Shown here: one piece after another, positions 18,883-28,772 of the stretch
How the letters are laid out: each line of letters begins with the position of its first letter
Numbering within the stretch: position 1 is the first letter of the stretch
Assembly: GCA_019057385.1 (NCBI GenBank)
Contig: JAHQJS010000006.1
Coordinates: 1-64,000 of the forward strand
From: Candidatus Borrarchaeum weybense
GTDB taxonomy: Archaea; Asgardarchaeota; Sifarchaeia; Borrarchaeales; Borrarchaeaceae
Reading direction: 5' to 3'
Length of the DNA: 64,000 nucleotides
Notes under the pieces: generated by a model
The model's input: the letters and a program-made list of their open reading frames with translations, nothing else
Databases searched by the model: none
Told to the model about the DNA's origin: nothing
Position numbers and translations under genes: made by a program

Positions 18883-20019
18883 CTATTGTAGAACTTCTAA
18901 AACACGCGAATATTCTTTACACACATATTTTTCAGAAAATTTTCTGACCTGCTCTCTTGCCGCATTGCCAAGTTTTTCCTGTAAAAATGTTGAGTTATAT
19001 AACTTTAATATCGCCGCAGAAATATCCGTGGGACTCTCCGGTCTAACAAGAAGACAACTCTCTGTATCGTGTAGGATTTTATCTCCTCCTCCTCCCTTAG
19101 TTAGGATTATTGGTCTTGCCGAAGCAGCAGCCTCTAATATCTTTATTGGCAAAGCAGTGCGAATAAAATTCTTAACTAATGGTAAAACAAACACATCAAA
19201 GTCCTGAATAATTTTCGGGATTGAAGAATGAGGTATTCTACCTAAGAGCGTCACATACTTTTCTAGGTTATTCTTCTTCACTTCATCTTTAATTTCAGTA
19301 AACAAAAAACCGTCCCCGACTAACATAAGCCTCAAATTTTTTATTTTAGTAATTAAATCTTTTACTACATCAATTAAACACAGAAGATCGTGAAGTTGGT
19401 TGAAACCTCCAATATATCCTATTATAAAGTGTTTTGAACGTTCTCTCTTCAATGGAATGTCAAAAAAAGTGCTCTCGATATAAAACGGTACTATTCTTAT
19501 TTTTTTATCATCAACTCCATACTCCACTAATTGCCGTTTTGTTTCTTGATTCGAAACAATTAGTATATCAGCACCTTTTCGCAAAACAAAAGGCTCTGTT
19601 ATCTTGATTACAAACTCTGTTACTTTTGACAATTGTTCTGGAGTCCCCTCGTAAAGCTTGCATTCTATTAATCTGAAAGGCACAGACAACACTAAATAAA
19701 CTAGTTTTATTCTAAGTAAGAACTTCAAAAGGCCCAAAAAGAATGTAAAATGAATATTACGTAAAAAAATAACATATGGTCTTTTTCTAATTATCCAAAA
19801 AAGCACCTGAACTGCAGAAAGATATCTCTGAAGTAGATTGCTTTTTTTCATCTCCTTTAAATAAAAGCATTTCAAATTTCCAAATTTTTTAAGACAGTTA
19901 ATTGCCTTTCTATCATTTACCGAGGCCCCGTCCGATTTTTCTAAATCGGTTTCAGTAACAAATAATATGCGTCTTGTAGATTTAACATTTCCATCTTCAA
20001 TTTTCAGAGCTTTAAACAT
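18883..20019 (-). CDS. GT4 glycosyltransferase
   Basis: GT-B fold; DVFVLP...PIKILEAAASARPII motif. Confidence 0.88.
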   Translation of the reverse strand: MFKALKIEDGNVKSTRRILFVTETDLEKSDGASVNDRKAINCLKKFGNLKCFYLKEMKKSNLLQRYLSAVQVLFWIIRKRPYVIFLRNIHFTFFLGLLKFLLRIKLVYLVLSVPFRLIECKLYEGTPEQLSKVTEFVIKITEPFVLRKGADILIVSNQETKRQLVEYGVDDKKIRIVPFYIESTFFDIPLKRERSKHFIIGYIGGFNQLHDLLCLIDVVKDLITKIKNLRLMLVGDGFLFTEIKDEVKKNNLEKYVTLLGRIPHSSIPKIIQDFDVFVLPLVKNFIRTALPIKILEAAASARPIILTKGGGGDKILHDTESCLLVRPESPTDISAAILKLYNSTFLQEKLGNAAREQVRKFSEKYVCKEYSRVLEVLQ

Positions 20020-20281
20020 TTGTAGTCCAACAAACCGATTTTATTGATACTTTAGCCTTTCTTGCTCTGACTATGATAATAATCTCTTAAAAGCATGCTT
20101 AACAAGATAGATTCTAAAAACTTAGTTGTGAAAGATCACTATCTATATTGATAAGTTCAAGAAAACAATGAATTTCAATCTCTCAATATTCTTGTTCTTA
20201 AAATAACAGAAATTACGTTAAATTTAAATTAAATTTAGGTAAACAGGCGGAAGTGTAGAGAAATATAGAGAGGTACAGCAA

Positions 20282-21868
20282 ATGCCAACAAAACCATGGA
20301 TTGAACATTGGCCGATCGATGTCCCCCTAACCTTAGATTATCCAAAAGTTCCACTTTATCAATTAGTGAAGGAAGCTTCAGAGGCATTTCCTAGTAATAC
20401 GGCATACATCTGGCAAAATGAAAGCACAAGTTATGACCAATTATATGCACAAATTAAGAACTTTGCGACAACATTGTATACTCTCGGAGTGAAATACACG
20501 GACAAAGTTGCGCTATTTCTTCCAAATCATGAGGGCTATCTAATCAGTTTCTTTGCCGTGAACATGATTGGCGCAATCGTTGTTCCCTGTAATGCAGCAT
20601 ATCGCGAAAAAGAAATGAAGTTTTTGCTTAAGGATTCGGAAGCCGAAACCATAGTTGTCTTGGATGAACTATATACTATTGTGAAGGATATTCTAGAGGA
20701 AACGTCTCTAAAAAATATAGTTGTCATTGGAAAAGAAGTTGCTCCAGACACCTTGATTTTTTCCGAGTTAGTTTCTACAACACAGGAAGAACCTCCAAAA
20801 GTTGATATCAAAGCAGAAGATATTGCCGTTTTAGCATATACGGGGGGCACGACTGGCACACCGAAAGGTGCCCTTCTCACGAATTTTAACCTTGTGTCGA
20901 ACGCCCTAGTGACTGTAAAATGGTTTAATTTTGAAGAGGGAAGGGAGCGCACGATAGCTGTCCTCCCTCTCAGCCACATCTACGGTCTCTCAGTAGCTAT
21001 GAATGCAACACTTCTCAACGCAGGAACAATAGTTTTGATGTCCAAATTTCACCCCAAAAAGGTGCTTGAGGCGATCTCCAACTATAAACTAACATTCATC
21101 TCGGGCGTACCAACAATGTACATTGCGCTCCTTCACTATCCAGAACTTGAAAAATACGACCTGAGTTCACTTCGCTTTGCGCTTTCTGGTGGTGCATCTC
21201 TTCCTGTTCAAGTGATGAAAGAATTTTCTGAGAAGACGGGATGTAATCTCCTGGAAGGATATGGCCTCATAGAGGCGTCTCCAGTTACTCATACCAGCCC
21301 AATCGCACGAAAAAAGGGTGGTTCAATAGGCATTCCAGTTATCGACTGTTTTTCAAGAATTGTCGATGAAAATGGAAATGATGTACCTGTCGATGAGAGA
21401 GGAGAATTGGTGGTTAGCGGTCCTATGGTAATGCAAGGCTATTGGAAAAATCCAGAAGAAACAAAAAAGGCATTAGTAAACGGTGAACTTCATACAGGTG
21501 ATATTGCGACAATGGATGAAGAAGGATATTTTACTATCGTAGACAGGAAGAAAGACATGATTAATGTTGCCGGTTTTAAGGTATACCCTAGGGATGCAGA
21601 AGAAGTGTTATACGAACATCCAAAGGTAATATCTGCGGCGGTTATTGGTATTCCTGATGAATATACAGGTGAAAAGGTAAAAGCATATATTGTTCTCAAA
21701 GAAGGACAGAGCGCTATAGACCATGAAATAATAAAATTCTGCGAAGAAAAAATTGCAGAATTTAAAATACCTAAAATCATCGAATTTCGAGAAGCACTTC
21801 CAATGACAGGTGTCGGCAAGGTACTCCGCAGAGCATTAAGAAAAGAGGTAAAGGGAAGTTCCACCTAG
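20282..21868 (+). CDS. fadD: Long-chain fatty acid--CoA ligase
   Basis: YTGGTTGTPKG, EGYGL.E.SP, TGDIA, DRKKDMI, GKVLRR. Confidence 0.9.
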   Translation: MPTKPWIEHWPIDVPLTLDYPKVPLYQLVKEASEAFPSNTAYIWQNESTSYDQLYAQIKNFATTLYTLGVKYTDKVALFLPNHEGYLISFFAVNMIGAIVVPCNAAYREKEMKFLLKDSEAETIVVLDELYTIVKDILEETSLKNIVVIGKEVAPDTLIFSELVSTTQEEPPKVDIKAEDIAVLAYTGGTTGTPKGALLTNFNLVSNALVTVKWFNFEEGRERTIAVLPLSHIYGLSVAMNATLLNAGTIVLMSKFHPKKVLEAISNYKLTFISGVPTMYIALLHYPELEKYDLSSLRFALSGGASLPVQVMKEFSEKTGCNLLEGYGLIEASPVTHTSPIARKKGGSIGIPVIDCFSRIVDENGNDVPVDERGELVVSGPMVMQGYWKNPEETKKALVNGELHTGDIATMDEEGYFTIVDRKKDMINVAGFKVYPRDAEEVLYEHPKVISAAVIGIPDEYTGEKVKAYIVLKEGQSAIDHEIIKFCEEKIAEFKIPKIIEFREALPMTGVGKVLRRALRKEVKGSST

Positions 21869-21893
21869 AAATTTTTGTATGTCCTGAAATTGA

Positions 21894-23072
21894 GTGAAAA
21901 AGATGAATAACATTGAAGAGAAAAACGCAATGATCGTTCGTCGCTATAAAGAGGGCGATGAAAAAACAATCATCGACTTAATGAAACCTTATTGGAAGCA
22001 TTATAATTTAGATAAAGCGTGCGACTTTTGGGAATGGGAGTACATGACGTGCCCAAGCGGCCAAGCTGTTATACTGCTTGCTGAACATAATGGGAGAATT
22101 ATAGGACATTATGCAACGTTACCTATGGAAATGACTTTCGAGAAAACCATTATAACCGGAGGTAAGGCTGAAGGAGCAGTAGTAGCTCCTAATTATCGCG
22201 GCAATATCGCGCAAAAATTCGGCTTTAAAGAGAAAGATGTAAGAATCTGGGGAAAACTAGTTAAAAGTATTTTTGATACCGCCATGAAGGAACAAATAGA
22301 TATGATTTGGGGATTTCCAAGTGAGGCCACAGTTAAAGCTCATGCTAGAGTAGGATATCACTTTCTTACCTTCCCTCTAACTATTTTGACCTTGCCAATA
22401 GATGTTAAGAAGGTAATCCATGATCGCTTTGCTCCACAAATCAGGAATAAGCATTTATTGAACTTCCTTGTTTTCGTGTCGAAAATCTATTATAAGTTCA
22501 GAACACTGAACCTTTTCCATAGAAAACCAAAATTGAAAAAATATCAAGAAATTACAGTAAGGCAGATTACCGGACGTGACTTAGACGATAGGTTCGATCA
22601 GTTTTGGAATAAGTATTTTGCTGAAAATAAGTGCATTACGATAAAAAGAGATCGACGATATGTAAGTTGGCGTTTCATAGAAAATCCAGTTATACCTCAC
22701 CATGTATTTGTGTGTGAGAGAGACAACAAAATTACTGGTTATGTTGTTATAGATATTCGCAATGGTCACAAGAAGGGACACATTGTCGACATTTTAGGAC
22801 TAGAGGGATATGAAGATGATTTGTTTGTCTTAATTGAGCACATTGTTCAGTTTCTTAAGAACAAAGGAGTACTATCCGTGAATCTATGGTTTGTTAAAAA
22901 CAGATTCTCTGAAAAATATGTAAGCATTTTGAAGACACATGGATTCATAGCTTTGCTAACACAAAAGCACAAGAAGATGGTAGTCAAAATCTTGAACCAT
23001 AATTTAAACAAAGAGTTTGTGTATGATTTGGAAAACTGGTATGTTACGATGGCTTTTACTGAAGGAATATGA
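21894..23072 (+). CDS. Tandem GNAT-family acyltransferase
   Basis: VRRYKEGDE, W.WEY..P, V.P.YRG, WGFP, R...Y..WRF..P motifs. Confidence 0.75.
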   Translation: MKKMNNIEEKNAMIVRRYKEGDEKTIIDLMKPYWKHYNLDKACDFWEWEYMTCPSGQAVILLAEHNGRIIGHYATLPMEMTFEKTIITGGKAEGAVVAPNYRGNIAQKFGFKEKDVRIWGKLVKSIFDTAMKEQIDMIWGFPSEATVKAHARVGYHFLTFPLTILTLPIDVKKVIHDRFAPQIRNKHLLNFLVFVSKIYYKFRTLNLFHRKPKLKKYQEITVRQITGRDLDDRFDQFWNKYFAENKCITIKRDRRYVSWRFIENPVIPHHVFVCERDNKITGYVVIDIRNGHKKGHIVDILGLEGYEDDLFVLIEHIVQFLKNKGVLSVNLWFVKNRFSEKYVSILKTHGFIALLTQKHKKMVVKILNHNLNKEFVYDLENWYVTMAFTEGI

Positions 23073-23183
23073 AACAAAGGGAAGCTGTTTTTAGATGGAA
23101 GAGAATTTACGATGATCTTAAGGCATTCAGAAATTTGTATCTCCTAATTATAAACCTACTCACAGCTTATAAAATTTGTTAAA

Positions 23184-24209
23184 TTGAGATATTGCAGAAA
23201 AAACGCTCCAAGTTTATATACTTCTACGAGCAGTGAAATCGCAATGATCAAACTAAAGAGCCATCTAGGTGTTATATTAGAACCATCAAACCTGGGTTTT
23301 GATATAGGGGCTTCAACTTTTGGATGTATATTCAAAGAACCTGACGACATGAAATATTATTTTTATTACACAGGTTCATCAGAAGGATGGAATAAGGCAT
23401 CAATAGGTGTTGCAATAAGTTTAGATGGAGTACGTTTCGTAAAACACACCGAAAATCCTTTAATTTCTGTAGGCAATGAATCTCTCACTCCAGCTGTATT
23501 TAAAGCAGCAAGTAAATATTGGATGACATTTGCTTTCCGCATGAAAAAAGGTGGTAGGAGATTAGGTATAACTGTTGCAGATCATCCGCTAGGCCCTTGG
23601 AGTTTCGTTAAAGAATTAATTAAACCAAAATACCATTGGGAAGGAAGCTCCATAGATATGGGTCCCTCCGTAGTTAGTTTGGGCCAAGAAGAATATCTGG
23701 TCTTTTACAGCAACGTAACAAATAGAATGTTTCAACGCTTGATATTCGGGCCAAGATATTTGTATAGACGAATAGGTGCATTAAAATTAGAAATTTCAGA
23801 AACTAGGCGTATTAAAGCTGAACGCTGGATAAAAAACCCATTAACTCACCTGAATGGAGTTAAAGGAACGTGGGATGAGTCTTTATTTTGTCCTGGTTAC
23901 TTTAAGTTGAATAATAAACATTATCTTTTACCTGCGGCTTCAATTTATTCGGTTCCGTTCCCTTACAAACAATATATAGGTTTAACCTGGGACTCTTCTC
24001 CATTTTTTGAGAATACGACTATAAAGAGAATTCTTATCAACGGTCCTGAAGAGAAAAATGATATTATGCCCGGGATAAAAAGCGAGATCGCGTTAGATAC
24101 ACCTTCCCCTTTACTTAAAGGAAATGAACTTTGGTTATATTATTCGGTGATGGATAGAGCGGATGATATTTGGAAAACTGCCCTTTCCATTTTCTCACTA
24201 GCAGACTAA
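23184..24209 (+). CDS. Five-bladed beta-propeller glycoside hydrolase-like protein (GH130/GH32/GH43 clan)
   Basis: YYTG...IGVAISLDG..F.K...NP, G...ADHPLGPW and WE......PSVV repeats; start probably at MIKL. Confidence 0.6.
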   Translation: MRYCRKNAPSLYTSTSSEIAMIKLKSHLGVILEPSNLGFDIGASTFGCIFKEPDDMKYYFYYTGSSEGWNKASIGVAISLDGVRFVKHTENPLISVGNESLTPAVFKAASKYWMTFAFRMKKGGRRLGITVADHPLGPWSFVKELIKPKYHWEGSSIDMGPSVVSLGQEEYLVFYSNVTNRMFQRLIFGPRYLYRRIGALKLEISETRRIKAERWIKNPLTHLNGVKGTWDESLFCPGYFKLNNKHYLLPAASIYSVPFPYKQYIGLTWDSSPFFENTTIKRILINGPEEKNDIMPGIKSEIALDTPSPLLKGNELWLYYSVMDRADDIWKTALSIFSLAD

Positions 24210-24358
24210 AAACAACTGCAAATAGATCGATAAATGCAAATGCAGCAACTCACCGAATGAGGTTTGAAATCGGCTCTACATGAGAACCGTTGAGTTCTCA
24301 ATTTTATTGATTACTAATGGTTGAAAAGAATTATTGAAAAATAATCTTTTTGGGAGCT

Positions 24359-25828
24359 TTAAAAAATGGTCTTCAGAATCTCTTTTAATTCTTTTAAAGT
24401 AAATGTCTTAGATAGTAATAGAATGGCAAAAAAAGGAATCAGACTGATACAGAGATTAAAAATTGAATTTTGAGAGTTTATAATAAGGACTCCAATAGTT
24501 CCAGGAATAAGCGCCAAGAAGATTTTAATAAGTGGAATTAAGTGATACTTAATTTTAACAAAATGTTGTGAAACTGCAAATGTCAGTACGAAAAAGACTA
24601 TGGAACCCGCCATAAACGCTATTGAAGCGCCTAGGATTCCCCATGATGGTAATAGCAGAAAAAAAATAAATAAAGCAACTATCCTTGAAATTCCATGCAT
24701 ATAAGCGATTATATGCATTTTCTCTTTTATCGAGGCACCGAAACAATTTATCGTAATTAATGCACGAAAAACAATTTCAATTAATAAAAAAGGAACAACA
24801 ACTGTTGAATTAATAGCATAAAGTTCATTAGAAACTATCTCAATGAAAAATGGTGCTAAAACAAGGAACACTAAAACAATCCCAATTGAAAAAATGAGAA
24901 AAAGTTTCAATATCTTGTTTACAAATTTGATTAAAACGTCAAATTGTTTTCTTTCCCATATTTGGAAGATTGTAGGTATATATGCCATAGAAAGACCCGT
25001 TTCTAGTAAAACCATTGGCGCCACAATTGATTGTCCAATATAAAAAAAGGCTAATTCTTCGCTTCCTACAAACTGATAAATAAAATAAAAAAACATGAAA
25101 AGATAGGCAGTATTTACAACAGCTGCTACGCTTTGGGGAGTTCCATATTTAAGAAGTCTCTTTAGCTCTAATTTAGAAAAACTGCCAAATCCCCACTTTT
25201 TTATCGAGGTGGGAAAAACAATTAAAAGAGAAATAAATGCCCCAAAGCTGAGACCAAGAAGAATACCAAGAATACTAAGATCAGAGAAGATAATAAGAAC
25301 AATAGCTGTTACATAACCCAGATAAAAATGTGTCACATTCAATAAGAAGTATAATTTTCCTTTTTTTTGAGCCCTTATAATTCCATTCAAAATTAGATTT
25401 AGAGCGGATAATATGCTGAGAAACGAAATGATAATGATAATCGAAAAATATCTAGGGGAGTCAAATAGTCTAAGACTAAGAATGGGTGAGGAAATAAGTA
25501 CAAGGACGGCAGATACAGTTAAACCAAATAAAATGATAATCAGGAGGGTTGTTGGAATCAATTTACTAAGGCTTTGGAACTCACCCCTCTCTTTGTATTG
25601 GACGATATAACGAACTAAAGATGATTGAAAGCCAAGTGAAATAAACATACTAAGAAATTCAACGATACTTAATGCCAAGCTTAAAGTCCCAAATTCAACA
25701 GTAGAAAGCCTATTTGTGAAGATCTTTATTGAAACAAATCTGATGATGGCTATCAATAAACTCGCTATAATAACAATCATGGCGAAAGAGGATAATTCCT
25801 TACTGTAGTCCTTTATCCTAGAAGCCAT
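24359..25828 (-). CDS. wzx: Wzx/MATE-like oligosaccharide flippase
   Basis: About 14 TM helices; LS..EFG, LG....VRY, LLKYG.P, P.WGILGASIA. Confidence 0.85.
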   Translation of the reverse strand: MASRIKDYSKELSSFAMIVIIASLLIAIIRFVSIKIFTNRLSTVEFGTLSLALSIVEFLSMFISLGFQSSLVRYIVQYKERGEFQSLSKLIPTTLLIIILFGLTVSAVLVLISSPILSLRLFDSPRYFSIIIIISFLSILSALNLILNGIIRAQKKGKLYFLLNVTHFYLGYVTAIVLIIFSDLSILGILLGLSFGAFISLLIVFPTSIKKWGFGSFSKLELKRLLKYGTPQSVAAVVNTAYLFMFFYFIYQFVGSEELAFFYIGQSIVAPMVLLETGLSMAYIPTIFQIWERKQFDVLIKFVNKILKLFLIFSIGIVLVFLVLAPFFIEIVSNELYAINSTVVVPFLLIEIVFRALITINCFGASIKEKMHIIAYMHGISRIVALFIFFLLLPSWGILGASIAFMAGSIVFFVLTFAVSQHFVKIKYHLIPLIKIFLALIPGTIGVLIINSQNSIFNLCISLIPFFAILLLSKTFTLKELKEILKTIF

Positions 25829-25958
25829 CTTTATCCCTTAACAACTCAAAGGAAGATTGTCTCAGAAGATCAAGAAGAATGAAAAAAGTATCTTCGAAAT
25901 TTTAATTTAACCATTATTTTTATAATTTCCTTTAAAAATAAATGAAAGGAGAGTTTAT

Positions 25959-27104
25959 ATGAGAATTTGTATTATTACAGACATCTATCCTTCAAGAGGA
26001 AATCTCCAAGGAATTTTTATCCACGAACTTTGCCGACAATTAGTGGACTTAAATTGTCAGGTTCATGTGGTAACATCTACTAGAAATAGTCGCAGCTCCC
26101 TAAAAATTATTGAAGGAGTGCATATTCATAATCTCAACTCGTTTCGTTCCTTTTTGCCATTTTTTGTTCAGAAGGTCATCAATACTGTCAAAAAGTATCA
26201 AATAGACGTGTTACATGCCCATTTCACATTACCAGGAGGGCTTATTGGGGTAATAACAAGAAAAATCACTTCAAAACCTTTAGTAGTTACTGTACACGGA
26301 TACGACATTACTTGCATTCGAAATCTAGGATATGGTCTTATATGTAATCCATTCCTCAGAAAAATTGTTAAAAAAACTCTTAAGAGCGTAGATAAGGTTA
26401 TTGCTGTTTCTAAGAGTGTAAAGAAAAGGATTATTCAACTTGGAATAAGAGATAATAAAATAAAAATAATATATAACGGTGTTGACCTAAAAAGATTTTG
26501 CCAAAGTCGTGAACTACTTGAAAGAAGTAATATATTGAAACATAAAAATAATTGGACACATAAGAAGATTCTTTTAAATGTTGGAAGTCTAGTTCCTGTT
26601 AAGGGGCAAAAATATTCAATTGAAGCAATGAGGGACGTCATTAAAGAATTCCCAGACTCCATGCTTTTGATCTGTGGAGCTGGACCGTTAAGAAAGCCGT
26701 TACACGAATTAGTTAAAAGATTTGACTTGCAGAATTATGTGAAATTTATGGGGGAAATTCATACAGAAGATATGCCCTTATATTATGCAATTGCTGACGT
26801 ATTTCTATTAAGCTCACTAATTGAAGGGCACCCTATCTCTCTTCTTGAAGCCATGGCCTATTCAAAGCCAATCATAGCATCAGAAGTTGGTGGCATTCCG
26901 GAAATAATTACAACGGGAAAAACTGGACTTTTAGTAGAAAAACAGCGTCCAAAAAAACTGGCACAAGCGATTTGCATGGTTTTACGGGATAAGGAACTAG
27001 CTGAAAGAATAGGAAGAAATGCTGGAGAATTAATAAAGAACTTCTCTTTAGAAATACAAGCCAAACAAGTATTGTCCATCTATAGAGATATAAAAGCTAC
27101 GTGA
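25959..27104 (+). CDS. GT4 glycosyltransferase
   Basis: HAH, TVHGYD, YNGVD, KG, EGHPISLLEAMA. Confidence 0.92.
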   Translation: MRICIITDIYPSRGNLQGIFIHELCRQLVDLNCQVHVVTSTRNSRSSLKIIEGVHIHNLNSFRSFLPFFVQKVINTVKKYQIDVLHAHFTLPGGLIGVITRKITSKPLVVTVHGYDITCIRNLGYGLICNPFLRKIVKKTLKSVDKVIAVSKSVKKRIIQLGIRDNKIKIIYNGVDLKRFCQSRELLERSNILKHKNNWTHKKILLNVGSLVPVKGQKYSIEAMRDVIKEFPDSMLLICGAGPLRKPLHELVKRFDLQNYVKFMGEIHTEDMPLYYAIADVFLLSSLIEGHPISLLEAMAYSKPIIASEVGGIPEIITTGKTGLLVEKQRPKKLAQAICMVLRDKELAERIGRNAGELIKNFSLEIQAKQVLSIYRDIKAT

Positions 27105-27207
27105 GGTCCTGAAACTTCTTTTGTAAGTTTAATCTATTGGCTCGTATTTTAAAAACTTCTTAAGTTCTATAAAACTAAATTACTTCTTATCTCAATTTTT
27201 TGAATGA

Positions 27208-28591
27208 TCATAAATAAAACAACGCATAAGAGAACCATCTTAAGGTTAAGAAGAGCATAACACACCATAAAATAATGAAAAGGATTCGATAGCGCTTAAT
27301 GTATTCACTACTTAGTGAATAAATGATTAATAATGACGAAAAAAGTTCAAGAAAGATGACACACCTATTTGGAACAAAATGAAAGGTTACTGACAAATAA
27401 GCAAGAAAGCACCACAACTTTGGCGTGGTAATGAAGTGCGTGGTGTGTATCTAGTGTGTTGATCATATTCATTATGAGTACCTTCGGGGCGTAGGGATGT
27501 TAAGCTTGTGGAGATACGACCTCCGTAACCCGCCAGGGGGTCGAGTCCGTCGTTGAAGCAGCAAGCCTCGATGCTTGAGCACGAGGTAGTTCACTGTAAC
27601 TATAGGGTGAAGAGGAAACAAATACGATAATATAAAACTCGCCACTAGTAATCTATGTTCCTTATTGTGTACCCATTTACTATTAATAATGACGGAGATA
27701 AATGCGCTCACAAAAAGTATAGCTGTACCATACCAAAAAACAAATAGCGGTGTACAATTGGCGCATCTGGATAAATAAAAGGAACATAATGAAATAAAAA
27801 GGGATAAAGAACTCTTTGAATAATGTCTGCTTCTATAAAAAGGTAAACCCACTTGTAAGAAATATCTTGAGGGGATGTCTGAGGTAAATAATAATTTAAT
27901 GTTAAATGCGGAATCCAATAAACCCTTGCGAAATTGTTGTATATTCCTCGAAATATATTTGTTCAATACTAAAAGGTGATTTTCCTTGCATTATGTTTTC
28001 TGCAATTATTGCGTATTGCCAAGCATCAAATCTAAGTCCCATGTATACTCCACGTAATAATGGTAACAACACTCATGTGAATACAAACGTATAAACAATT
28101 AAAAAGAACAACACAGTGTCTTTATTATTTAATATTCGTATTTTAAAATTATTGAAAACCGTTTTTAATTCATTTACACTTATACTTTCTAGAAAGGTAA
28201 GTGAGAAGAGCATAATATCAACTGCTAAGATTGAAACAAAAAGAAATAGCAATTGGAACTTGATTAAGAAAACTGAAAATAGCAAAGTTATGAAAGGTAT
28301 AACGCCGAATCCAAGAAAATAAGACGTGCCAACCATTTCTAGAAAGTTTAGTTTTAACCCTTTGCGCATTAAAAGTCTAGTAAGCAAATATCCTGTAAAA
28401 AATAAAGATAGAGACTATCACCAATTTAATAAGGGCAATAATTTCAAAGGGACTTAAAGGCTTTAATACGAGCTTTGATAGAATCGCCTGAAAATGCAAG
28501 ATATAAGGACTCCAGAAACCAGTTCAATGAAAACAATTATAATTCTTTACACAAAACTTTGGTAAATCTAACTATTGATTTGATTCACCAT
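27208..28591 (-). pseudogene. Degraded GT-C-like membrane protein gene interrupted by frameshifts, stops and a MITE
   Basis: Hydrophobic fragments (28073-28387, 27472-27966, 27208-27417); GLRFDAWQY loop resembling WSADTWVH of the neighbour; the last two fragments are in the same frame either side of the MITE. Confidence 0.65.
27403..27594 (+). mobile_element. 192-bp non-autonomous IS200/IS605-derived MITE (left end plus omega-RNA-like right end)
   Basis: Left-end-like (C)AAGAAAGCACCACAACTTTGGCGTGG hairpin; right end GAAGCAGCAAGCCTCGATGCTTGAGCACGAGGTAGTTCAC; no target duplication; removal restores frame (boundary +/-1 nt). Confidence 0.8.
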
Positions 28592-28772
28592 CTAAATCTC
28601 AGTATCTTCAACAGTATCCATACTTGAAACTTGTTGCAGATGGTTCAAAGAAATGTATTTAATATTGCTCGTGTGGGATATTTGTCCACTGTCACTGAAT
28701 GTTATACACCATTCATAAAGTTTAGCCATTTATTGACTGATATAATCTATTAGCGGTGAACGAGGACATTAA

